This document shows positions 39,000 to 51,070 of a DNA stretch of 64,000 bases, piece after piece. The notes beneath the pieces were generated by a model. It had not been told where the DNA came from and made no database searches. It was given only the letters and a program-made list of their open reading frames with translations. The first letter of the stretch is position 1. Each line of letters begins with the position of its first letter. Made by a program: the position numbers and the translations under genes. Location of the stretch: positions 2,108,001 through 2,172,000 of the forward strand of contig CDPCPM010000077.1 of the NCBI GenBank assembly GCA_976551045.1, in the 5' to 3' direction. The DNA is from Glaucostegus cemiculus. Lineage: Eukaryota.

Positions 39000-39670
39000 T
39001 AGTAAATACAGGGCTTCTTCCTAGGTAGGAGCTCAGGACGGAGATTGAGTGTTTTCTGGACTAGTTCTGTGGGTTTTGAGGTGAGGCAGCAGGAAAGTTA
39101 GGGAGGTGATGCACTCCTTCAGCAGATTACGCTAGGCTTCTGTGTGCTGCTGACTCGTGGATTCGAGGCTCTCAGTACCAGTCAAATGTCCTTCTCAATT
39201 GAGAGCATTCATGGGCCAGGGATTCCCATAGTCAATGGGGATGTTACACTTTTTCCAGGGAAGCTTTGAGAACACCCCTGAATCTTTGCATCTGCCTACC
39301 TGGTAACCTCTCACCATGACAGCTTGGAACAGCATTTGTGGGAGTCTGCTGTCAGGCATAACAATGATGTGCCCTGCCCCTCTGAGCTGACTGGGTGTGC
39401 ATGGGGCCTCAGTGCTGGGATATTGGTATGGGAAACACCCCTGGTGTTGGTTTGCCCATTTGCCAGTGGAGCTGGAGGATTCTGCAGAAACAGAATTGGT
39501 GGCACCTCACCAGTGCTTTGAGATGACTGCTCTACGTAGTTCACATCTCAGACATGTACAGGAGGGTAGGGGTCACTGCTGATGACGGCCAATAAGCCTT
39601 GTGCTGGGTTGAAGATCTGGACGATCAAACACTGTGGTCCTCAGATCGTCAAAGACTGCGCTGGCAAACT
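39000..39670 (-). mobile_element. RTE-clade LINE 3' fragment nested in the Gypsy remnant
   Basis: Minus strand near 39260-39380 reads as the RTE C-terminal GHIVMPDSRLP..GRQ..RFR.VLKASL pattern. Confidence 0.65.
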
Positions 39671-42559
39671 GAGGATGATGGTGAATTTCATTGTCGGTAT
39701 GTGCTTTCAGCCAGGTTTGGTTCCCTGAGTATGGGAAGTGGTCCACACAAACGGAGTACACAGTGTAGAACATCAGATAGTGAGTATGTCGCCAATCATT
39801 TCAGGAAAAGGCCAACTTTAACGGGGAAGGATTGATGGAGGCAACTCATGATAGATCGGAAGAGTATTTTTACATTGACACTTAAGAGTCACACCTTGGC
39901 ATGTCTCTGGGAAGGTATGACAAGATGTTTAAAGATAGTTACACTGCCATAACCAGGGAGAATGCAAATATTCACATTGGAGCAGATACAAAGCTAATCT
40001 GCTGCAAGCCCAGACTAATCACCTATGCTTTAGGGAGTCGAATCGAGAAGGAACTGAATAGGCTGGAACAAAAAGGTGAACAAAGTGGGCTACATCAATG
40101 GTGGTCATGCTTTAGGCAAACAGAAAGGTGTGGTTGTCAAACTGAACTGAGCTGTAGACAGTGACGTGCGCAAAGTTAGCAAGATCAAAGGCATTCAGAA
40201 AACTGGATTTCTCCTCTGCGACAAAAATCTGAATTGTTGACAAAAATTGACAGCAGAACACAGAGGGCTCTGCTCATACACATGGAGTCAAATCTTATGA
40301 GATTTTCTATGCTACCGTAGATAAAATCTAGCAAGTAGTAAATCACTGTTTGTATTAACGCAATACATTTTTGAATCCCGTGAATGCAGAAGAAAATTGA
40401 TTTTGCAGGAAATCCTCAGGAATTACACAAGCACAACATGTGGTTGAAGCAAAGCAACAAGAAGTAAGATACCTCAGATCATAGGTTGATGCTGAGAGTG
40501 AAGAGAAAAGCAGTGGCTGTCACTAAAGGCTGAAAATGCAGCAGAGCGAAGGTTGTTTCTGGAGATGCTGCAGTATTACATGCGGTTTCTACCAGGTCTT
40601 GCAATCGTGCTCAGACCATTGCATCATGCATTGAAAAAAAATGGACGTGGAGCAAGGAGCAAAAAAGTGCATGTGCTGAATGCAAGGAGATCTCAACAGC
40701 TGAAGCTCTCCTTATTTGTTGCAATACTTTGTGCAAGTTAAAGTTGCTATGTGATACATCATGTTATATTATGAGAGACAAGGGGCAAGAGAAACACATA
40801 ACCTTGCCTTCTTGCACTCTTACAAGAGTGAACATTATTAAGTATAACTCAAGAACGAAGCTATTAGAATGAAGTTTGGAGTCCAGAAATTCCATCAGTT
40901 TATACCCACATAACAGATAATAGACCATACTGGTCAATTAGGTCTCAGATCAGCGATAAGGTAGCATTAAGGATGCAATGCTGAGCCATCCTTCTATTGC
41001 AGTATGACTACACAATTAAGCATGACTACACTATGCTTTATTGTGTATCATCCAATACTATCATGGATGCTCCAGAACTCTGATTTTGGAAGTGAAGATG
41101 TGATCTACACGTAAAGTGTGGATGATGAAGTCCTTCCAATCTGAACTGCAACCAAGACTCAGAGACACCAATGATCGGTGAACAGATTTTGAAAGGATGG
41201 GCAGATTCTGACTAATATACAGACTCAGAACTGAAACTGTTGTGCAATTGTTGCAGTGAGTTATCAGGTGAACTCAGCTGCATCAAGTGGGGGTCACAGA
41301 GTGCTAATACTTACTATTTTGAGAGAATAGATTTTGGCTGAACTTCACACCAGGCACACATGAAAGCAATTGCCAAAAGGTTTACTTACAGGCCTTGTTT
41401 GGATGGTGACCTTGGACCCTTGGTAAGCAAAGGCAACGTCTACCAAAACTGAAGAAACTAACCATCAAACATTTCTTTGGACCCATGGTCATGCCTACTG
41501 GGCCTCTTCAAGGAGCACTTTGTGGAAACGGGCATGATCATTTCCTGGTTCTGATTAGTAATCGCTAGAGATGGATATGAATGAAATGTTGGAGTGTGTA
41601 TGCACTACTGACCATACAATAGATGAGTTGAGTGTATATGTAGATGTTATGATTTGCCTGAAGAGCTAATCTCTGACAAGCTACAAGTTTAATAAGACAG
41701 TATGCTATCAAACAAACTTCCATTTCTTTATATCATCCAGCTTCATAAAGAGAACCAAAAGGTTAGTCAAATTTGTGAAGAAGCAAGAGTGGAGCAAGGC
41801 AATTCAAAACTCAACATGAAACATTGCTTGGCAAAGTTCTCGTTGCTGTAGAGAATAACTCAGTACGCCACCACAGGATGCACACCTTCAGAAACATTGC
41901 AGAGGATTCACAGCATGCTTCGAACAGAAGAGGCTGAGTCAAAAACATTACTGTGATATTACTAACAAAAAACACCAAAAAGCAGAACAGGCAGGTTTGT
42001 GTTTTTAACCCACCTGGCAAGTTGAGATCACACAAACAGGGAGTAGAAAACATAGCAGAGAATTGCAGAAACAGAAAATATTTGGTTAAAGTTGGTGATA
42101 AAACCCAAAGTGCTCATGTGGATCAGAAATGTTGACTAGAAATGAATCTGGGTGGTGAACCCCTTGATGATGAAGTTGTAGCTGAGTTTAATCCAGTGAA
42201 AACTTTAGGAAGTGAAGCAAGTCCCACAAAGGAAATGAACTTTCTTTGAGCTCAAATCTAGACCGACACATCTTAAAAATGGTTCAACACCAAACCTGTA
42301 AGGATATTAGTAAAGCTCTGAAATCAGGTTATGAGACAAGAGTTTTAGTCATTCATTAAATCTATGTATTAATAAGTTGTGTATGCTTTACTGATGCTTT
42401 AAAAAAAGGAAGAATGGTGCCATGTGTCTGAAGCATTGAGATCTGTGTGGTTACAATGGTGGAATATTCAATCTGCACAGTCAGTACGCTCTGTAATGGA
42501 ATTCATCTATGGGTGAGAACTCACTGAGTACACAGACATAACTCTGGCAATGAGAATAG

Positions 42560-43200
42560 TGAAGAACCACAGCCACTAACAGTGATGGATTCGTTGACAA
42601 CTTAGAGTGACTACATGGCTGCACTGCTAAGGTGAATCAATTAATTGCACCAAGTCTAATGTTCAGACTTAACCAGAGAAAAGAAAAAAAAGTCAAGCAT
42701 GGTAATTGTCAAAGTGGTAGACAATACAAAACGGCCAGCCACTCACAGACTGACTGTATCAGAAACCAAGGTGGTTACAATAAGGTATCCATACATCGAA
42801 AATCCATACATCGAAAAGAAAGAAACATTTATTTGGGTGATTGAAACAGAGGGTAAGAATGAAGATGCTCAGAATGAGGCCAACGTAAACACAAGAAAGT
42901 GATCTTGTTATTAGAAATAAGGCCAAATACACATTTGATGTTGGCATACTTACTTGTACCTTCGGGACAACTGCTGTCCTATTTAACAAAGTAAAGCAAA
43001 GATACAAAATTATTTCAGCCCAGCACTACTAGAAATCTTGGAAAGTCTACGGTTGGAATCTGTAAGGTTGGGGGGGGGTTAGGAAAAGTAACTAGTGACC
43101 ATACAGATGGAACCTCTGTGCATTTCTGCACTGAGAGAGGTTTGTGTGTGGACTAATGAATGAGCAAATCCATTTAATGATACTTAAGACTCAAGAGCTA
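42560..43200 (+). mobile_element. Decayed R2-superfamily (restriction-like endonuclease) non-LTR element remnant
   Basis: Ordered degenerate motifs: SDYMAALLR*IN*L (42606), CQSGRQYKTASHSQTDCIRNQGG (42707), RK-frameshift-DLVIRNKAKYTFDVGI (42894), KVKQRY, RGLC. Confidence 0.5.
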
Positions 43201-44018
43201 ATGTTCGAATAGGTGTGCCAGATAGCTACATCCATGGCTATAGCCTCTGAAGCCGCAAAGGAATTTCAGCCAGTACGGAGCGTTAGTATAAACACATCCT
43301 ATAGACGAATGACAGCAGCAATGGCAGGAGTGCCATCATCAAGTCTGGATTGTATCAATATTTTATGGAAGGTTCCAGGGACGGTTTTGGAAGAGCCCCT
43401 GAATGAAATACTACACGACTTGTTTTGAGCTCCTCGTACCTCATGTGTATGAGTCTGCACACACTGCAGTCAACTTCGAGAGAGGGGAAGTGCCGACCTG
43501 GTACACATACTTAACAGTCCATTGTAACCTGTCTTGTGTTATTTTTAAATTTTCTCTCTGACACTGAGCCGCGCCGGTACCTGGACTCACACGCATCTCC
43601 TGGCAGTTGCTCTGGCAGTGGGGGCCAGACTTATGAGGTCATCGCTGGCTGGTTTTGACTCTGGTTTGGTTAGTAACAGCTAAGTCTGAAGGTTGCAGGC
43701 CAGAAGTCCTACTCTAGGGACCGGTCCTGGAGCAAGGTTTTGACCTGAAATGTCGACAATTCCTTTCCTCCCACAGATGCAGCTCGACTGCTGAGTTTCT
43801 TCAGCAGATTGTTTGTTACTAAAGCACAAAACTCTAGCTCAGGCAGATCCATTGGGTGCACCCATTGGTAGGCATCAGGATTGGGTGGAACTTCTTCCGA
43901 ACACAGTGGGTGTCTAAAACCAGTAGTCACAGTCTGAAAGTAAAGTATTGGCCATTTAGGGATGAAATAAAAGGAATTTTCTTATCCAGAGGTTAGTGCA
44001 TTGTTGGAATTCTCTACC

Positions 44019-45334
44019 CATCCATCTAGACTAGATACAGCTTTTTCCTTATGGAAAGGGAAGGGAATAGTATGTTTTCATGATCTATTCATTGGTAACT
44101 GTTTTGCATCTTTTGAACAGCTGTCTAATAAATATAATTTACCTAGATCACATTTTTTTTCGATATTTGCAGATTAGAAATTTTTTAAAAGCTACTACAC
44201 CCTCCTTTCCATTTTTTTATAAAGACGAAATCATTGATAAAATTTTAGGTTTTAATCCTCATCAGAAGGGCTTGACAGCAATAATTTATGATTTAATTAT
44301 GAAAATACAGTCAGATTCACTGGACAAAATTAAAAATGATTGGGAAAGTGAACTCCAGATTTCTATATCTATAGAGACTTGGAAGAAAATTCTTCATTTA
44401 GTTAATACATCCTCAATGTGTGCCAGACACTCATTGATACAGTTTAAAGTTGTGCACAGGGCCTATATGTCCTAAGATAAGCTAGCTCGTTTTTATGATC
44501 GTATAAACCCTATATGTGACAGATGTAAATCGAACGTGGCTTCTTTGTCGCATATGTTCTGGTCCTGTCCTTGTTTGGAAAAATATTGGAAAGACATTTT
44601 TAATATTATTTCAGATGTATTGAATATCGATTTACAACCTCACCCTATTACTGCAATTTTTGGATTACCATGGATAAAGTCTGGCCATTTACCTGCTTCT
44701 GCTAATCGTATGATTGCTTTTGTTACATTGATGGCCAAACGAGCCATTCTGCTTAAATGGAAGGATCCAATACCCCCTACCACCTTTCAAAGGTTCTCTC
44801 AAACTATATCATGTCTAAATTTGGAAAAAATTAGGAGTGGTACTGTTGATTCTTCACTTAAATTTGAAGATATTTGGAGTCCATTTATTCAATACTTTCA
44901 CATGATGTAGTTTCCCCTTCTATAACTTTTTTTTAAATTTAGAGAAACAGAGCTGACAACATTATATTGTTCTATTTCTATTGAAAATTTTAGCCCAGTT
45001 TTTTTTTCCTTGTTTTGTTTTTCTTCTTTTTTTTAAATTCATTTTCAGTTTAATTTACTCTATATTATTATGATTTTTTAAAATTGATTTGGGTTTTTTT
45101 TGGGTTTTTTTCTAATTATATAACAAATCTTTTTCTTTTCTATCTTTTACATTACACTTATGAACCGAGAGATTGTTGGAACTATTTCTTTTATATATAT
45201 CATACTTTATTGCTCTTTTTTATGATTACCTACGATTGTTACTTGATATTTCTATAATACATGTGTAAACATTGTTGTTATATATCTTAACCTGTATTGA
45301 TTTGTTATCAATAAAAAAGATTGAAAAAGAAAAA
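44019..45334 (+). mobile_element. L1-clade LINE, 5'-truncated, with target-site duplication
   Basis: ORF2 C-terminus FFRYLQIRNFL..HSLIQFKVVHRAY..CDRC..SLSHMFWSCP (CCHC knuckle) with an in-frame stop at 44473; T-rich 3' UTR, AATAAA and A-rich tail; 13-bp TSD ggaattctctacc at 44006-44018 and 45335-45347. Confidence 0.9.
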
Positions 45335-48300
45335 GGAATTCTCTACCTAAAAGGATGATGGGAGGTTCTGCTGCTGAGTATGTCAAAAACAGAGGCAGGT
45401 GGATTTTTGTTTACTGAGGGAACCAAGGAAAAGGGGAAAGTAGCAATGAGGTGAGAGATCAGTCACAGTCTGGGGCAGGTGTGAGGGCTCAAACAACTCC
45501 CCTTCTTTCTATTTCTTGTGTTTTCCATTGCAAACACAACCAGCCATTGGATCACTCAACTCAGGAGACAATTTGTTCAAGTTCGAGTTTATTGCCATGG
45601 GCTTACGGAAACCAGGGTATAAATGCCATGCAAACTAGTTTTTTTGCAGCAGCAACCCAGTACATTATAAACATGATGAAAATATGTTAACATAAACTTG
45701 TTAATATAAATTATACATAACTTACACAACAAAATAAACAGAATAACATTAGTGCAAGATGAGAGAGAGGGGGGGGGGTCCGCTGTAGTGTTAGGGTTCG
45801 TCAGGTCAGTTCAAGAAGCTAATGGAAAAGCTGAGCATGGATCTGGATGACGATAGGATGTTGAGGGTGGTGGAGATGGGGCAGGAATTTGCAAGGATAC
45901 AAGGGTTCAAGGTTTTGTTTTTTCAGGAAAGGGGTAACAAAGGAAGGATTGAAGGGAGAAGGAGATGGATCCTGAAGGTAGCGAGCCTTTAACAACATTG
46001 GCTAAGGGAAGCGAGGGAAGCTGGGTGGTTGGCAGATTGGTGGGCAACATGTCAAGGGAGCAGGTAGTGGGTCCCATGGTGACTCAGCAGGGGCAGAAGG
46101 GGAGATGGGGCAGAACTAGTAGAAGATGGAGCTGGGGTTGTGAAGAGGATGGAAGGGTCATTAGAAGTTTGGCTCAGAGGGGATGGAAGACATTTCAAGC
46201 ATTGTGCCAATGACCGTCTTGTAAAATGTGGGGACGCCAAACATCCCTAATGCAATGACTATGCCCTGGGTTTGAATGTATAATGTGAACAGTTAGCAGG
46301 CTTATATTCCTGGTTTTAAGAAACTGACTTGTTTCAACAAAAGGACTGACAGGCACCAGGCTGTCAGTTAGAGCAACTATTGGATCCGTGCCAGCTCTTT
46401 GTGTGGGAGGGGGAGGGACATAGATATCCCTGACATGCAAAGTGGGCATGAATGGGGGTGGAGGGGGTGCAACATGTCACCTTTTGTTGGAGGTTACTTG
46501 GAGCCAGTGGTAAGGAAGAGATAAGCAGCATGTGATCTTCTGCATGAGTAATCACCACCCATCTCTGCATCCTGTGCATGGCTGTGAACCCAGTCACCGA
46601 GAGGTCCGCCTGTTTCCGCTGTGAGCTGCACACACTGTTGTTCTAACCAGTCAGTGACACAGGGGTAGGAGAGAGTCCCAGGAACAAATCAGATGAGAAA
46701 AGTATAATTTCCCTCATTGATGTTCTGTTCATGTGGAGGCTGAGGACTGTTAGATATTCTGGCAATGCTAGTTAAGAGTCAGGATTACTTTGCAGCTATT
46801 GGTAATAATCCTCATACTGGTAAACCAATCCCAAGTCCCTTACAACTGTAAAATAAAAACTAGAAAATGCTGGAAAAACTCAGCAAGGTCAGGCAGCATC
46901 TGTGGAAAGAGAAACAGTTAACGTTTAAGGTCCGGGGCCCTTCATCAGAACAGAGAAGGGGAGAGAGCAAGTTAGCCTGAGTAACAGAAGGCGGGGGAGG
47001 GCAATGGGTGGAACAAAGGGAATGACTGTAATAAGGTGAAATGACGGTGAGAGAGGGAAAGTTTAAATTTAAGGTGGGAGGGGGAAAGTTTAAAGGAGAT
47101 GGGCGGGGTAAGTTTTTGTTTTACGCAGGGAGTGGTAGGTGCCTGGATCGCATTGCCAGGGGTGATGGTGGAAGCAGACACAATAGTGGCATTTAAGAGG
47201 CCCCTACCCACACGTAGGGAATGGAGGGATATGATCATGTGCAGGCAGATGGGTTCAGTTTAATTTGGCATCAGAGTCAGCACAGACCTTGTGGGCCAAT
47301 GGGCCTGTTCCTCTGCTGTACTGTTTTATATGTTCTAGATATATGATGTGCTGTTATTACAAAGTTTTTTTTATTTTTAAGCCACTTTCCCCTCCTCAGG
47401 ACACCCGGTGCATTTTACAGCCAATAAGAAATGCAACAACCATTGAGTGCGGCGTAATCTCAAACAAACAGCAGAATAATGTTGACCAGATAATCTCTGC
47501 ATCGTGGCTGAGAGTGCAGAGGGAAGGTAGCCACTGTATAGAAGTGAGAGGGAGGAATGAGACAGAGGCTGGTAGGCGATCGGTGGAAACAAATGAGGGG
47601 AGGATGATGGGCAGGTGGAGCCAAGTGGGGGAGAGGTAGTCTTGAGAGGCTGGAAGGTGATAGGTGGAAAAATACGCCCCCCCACCTTGTCTGGTTCCAC
47701 CAGTTGCCTACCAGCCTGTCTCACCCCTCCCTCCCAATTCTATATCCTGGTGATCTTCCCTCTACACTCTCAGCCCTGATGTCGGGTCTCAACCTGATCA
47801 TCCCTTTGGCTCCACGGATGCGGCTCAGCCCACTGAGTTCTTCCAGCAGTTTACTTCATGCTTCAGATTCCAGCATCCGCAGTCCCTTGTGACACCAAAT
47901 AACCTTTTGTGATGTCGAGGGGTAAACATTGGTCGGAATAGTGCATGGGATCACTTGTGGTTATTGGCAGATGGTCAAGGGTTTATAAGAGTGTGTTCAA
48001 TCAGTGTCTGAAAATTAAGGAAATTAGGGTATATGTGGATTGCACAGGAAGGTGGAGCTGAGACATGGGCTCAGTCGTGACCTTGTTGAATGGTGGAGCA
48101 GGCTGAAGAGACTGTTGGGTCTACTCCTGCTCCGGTTTCCTCCCACGCTCCAAAGACGTACGGGTTAGGAAGTTGTGAGCATGCTGTGTTGGCGCTAGAA
48201 GCATGGTGACACTTGTGGGCTGCCCCCGGAACACTCTATGCAAAAAGATGCATTTGACTGTGTGTTTCGATGTACATGTGATTAATAAAGATATCCTATC

Positions 48301-50649
48301 TTATATCTTATCTTATTTCTCACACAAGTCTTGCTGTAGGTTGTAGGTTGGGAGTGAGAGTAGGAGGATCATGTACAAGCCACCACTTAATGGATTATTG
48401 TATTGCTGTCTTCCCTTGAATTTAAATTGTGGTGCCTCAGCTTTGACTCAAGGAGAGTCCTGCTTGCCAATGAGTCGGAAAGTTGTGAGTTCAAATCCCA
48501 CTTCAGAGAATCAAACTCACACCTAGGCTCACTTCTGAGTAGGAGGTGGCAGTTTCTGCTCTCTATGGTAGATGTAAATGGTTCCACGTCCTACATAAAA
48601 GAGGCGGTGTGTGTTAGCTAGGATTAAAAATGTAACCACCACCATTTCCTAAAACAGTCAGTAATACATGGCTGCTTATGGGAGTTACCACAAATGTGAC
48701 TGCACTTTGTTGGCTGGAAAGTACTTTGAGGCATCCTGAGATTGTGAAGTGTGTGCTACATTAGATAAATATTTACTCTTATGCTTCCTCTCAAACCCAT
48801 TACCTCTACCGTCAAGAAGAACGAGGGCAGTAACATCAGCTGCAGGTTCCCCTCCAAGTCACACACCACCCTGATTTGGAAGTTTATCACTGGGTTTAAG
48901 TCCTGGAATTCCCTCCCCAACAGCACGGTGGGAGCACCTGACCACGAGGATACTACAGCACTTCAAGAAGGTGACCTACCGCTATCTTGCCGAGCCCATT
49001 TAGGGACAGGTGACAAATACTGGCCTTGCCAACAATTGTGAAAAGTGAGTAAATGAATAGAGAAATTCTCAAACCATAATGATATTGTTTTCTCTGTCAA
49101 CCCTCTCCCCCTGAAACAGGTTCCAAATGACCCCATCCTCCCTCGTCCTTTATGTTCCAGGAATATTCTTTATCTTATGTGCCCCTTGCACCCTTTACAC
49201 ATCTACCACATTGAACCATCTGTAGTGGGAACAGCTTCCATTTTCCCTCTGTAAGCCTGTCATGATCTTGTTCACCTCAGTTAAACCTTTTTCTCAATCT
49301 TCTTTGCTCCAAGAAGGACAATCTCACCTCATAGCTGAATTTATTAGAACATAGAACATAGAAAAACTACAGCACAATTCAGGCCCTTCAGCCCACAAAG
49401 CTGTGCCGAACATCTCCCTACACTAGAAATTACTGGGTATTCCCATAGCCCTCTATCTTACTTATCTCCATGTACCTATCTAACAGTCTCTTGAAAGACC
49501 CTATCGTATCCCCCTCTACCACTGCTTCCGGCAGCCCATTCCACGCACTGGAACTATTGCTGGAACTATTCTTGCAAAGCCCAAGGTTCCAGCTATAGCT
49601 CCTGACTTCTGCTGAATTCCTCTCATGGGTTATATTGAAAGCAGCTCATTGGGATCCAGTACCCATTGCATTAGCCAGTGCTCATCAGTGTCTGGTGACC
49701 TCTGCTGGAGTTTATCAGCTAAACTCACTGCTAAAATTCCACATTCTTTAGAATCAGAAGCAGAATCAGGTTTATTATCACTGACACATGTTGTGAAATT
49801 TGTTGTTTTGCAGCAGGAAAACATAAAGACATAAAAATTATTATAAGATACAAAAATAAATAAACAATGCAAAAGAGGAATAACAAGGTAGCGTTTATGG
49901 GTTCATGAACCGTTCAGGAATCTGACGGTGGAGGGGAAGAAGCTGTTCCTGAATCGTTGCATGTGGGACTTCAGGCTCCTGTATCTCCTCCCTGATGGTA
50001 GTAAGATGGAGATCTGTATCTTGATTTTTCTTAACAATATATATTAATTCAACATTAAATACATTCACAACATCACAATCAGCCCTTTGTATCATCCTGT
50101 CCTTATACAGAATCACAGAAAGTGGTTACGGAATGGAAGATGGCCAGCCTATCATTCATGCAGCTCAATGCAAGGGCAATCCAGCCAACTACACTTCCTC
50201 GCCCTCTCCTCATAGTCCCCAACTTGCTTCCTTCTGGATACTTAACCACCTCCTTTTTAAAGACCCCACATTTGAACTTAGAGTCATATGGTGCAGAAAA
50301 AGGCCCTTCAGTGCAATTGGTCCATGCTGGCCAAGATTCCCATCTAAACCAGTCCCATTTGCCCGTGTTTGGCCCACCCTTCCTATCCCTGTACCTGTCT
50401 AAGTACCTTTTAAATGTTGTTCATTAATTTGCCTCCAATATTAGCCTGGCAGTACATTCCAGACCCCAACCACTCACTGTGAAATAAAAAATCTCATGTC
50501 ACTTTTGTTTCTTTTGCCAATTACTTTCATTCTAAGTCCCCTGGTTCTTGACCCAGGTCAACTATGGGAAGAGCTTCTCTCTCTCTCTCTCTCGGCTGTT
50601 TGCACCCTTCGTGTTTTAAATATCATCAGATCCCGTCGCAAGAACAACA

Positions 50650-51070
50650 CCAGCTGGAGAGGCTGGGTCAGTTTTCCCTGGAGCAGAAGAGATTAAGAAC
50701 AAACATGACTGAGGTATATAAAATTATGAGGGGTAGAGATAGGGTAAACTGCAGGTAACTTTTCTCCATATCAGAGGTAGATAAAACTAAAGGATATAGG
50801 ATTAGGGTAAGGAGGAAGAGATTTAGAGGGGATCTGAAGGGGACCTTTTTCTCCCAGAGGGTGATGAGTACCTGCAACACACTGCCTGAGAGACTGGTGG
50901 AAGCAGAGTCACTGACAGCACTTAAGAAGTGTTTAGATGAGCACTTGAATCGCCAGCATAGAAGGCCCCAGACCACCATGTGCTGGAGGATGGGATTCAT
51001 AAAGATGGTACCCGCTAGTTGCTATGGAAATGGTGGGCCAAGTGGCCTGTTTCCAAGCTGTGTGACTCTG
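50650..51070 (+). mobile_element. CR1 LINE 3' fragment
   Basis: LERLGQFSLEQKRLRTNMTEVYKIMRG and CNTLPERLVEAESLTALKKCLD. Confidence 0.8.

Larger units (their letters stand above)
37950..42330 (+). mobile_element. Highly decayed Ty3/Gypsy LTR retrotransposon internal region (protease-RT-RNase H-integrase), interrupted by CR1 and RTE insertions
   Basis: LIDPAANCLVI (protease-like, about 38500); RPTLTGKD (GPxLxGRD-like, about 39810); YALGSRIEKELNRLEQKG (RT start); FLEMLQYYMRFLPGLAIVLRPLHHALKK; KFGVQKFHQF (RNase H); ILAELH..MKAIA (integrase zinc region). Many stops and frameshifts; LTRs not identified. Confidence 0.75.

Noticed and set aside
43213-43500. Possible exon or small gene
   Set aside because: No recognisable homology in the frames I translated on either strand and no convincing splice-site pair
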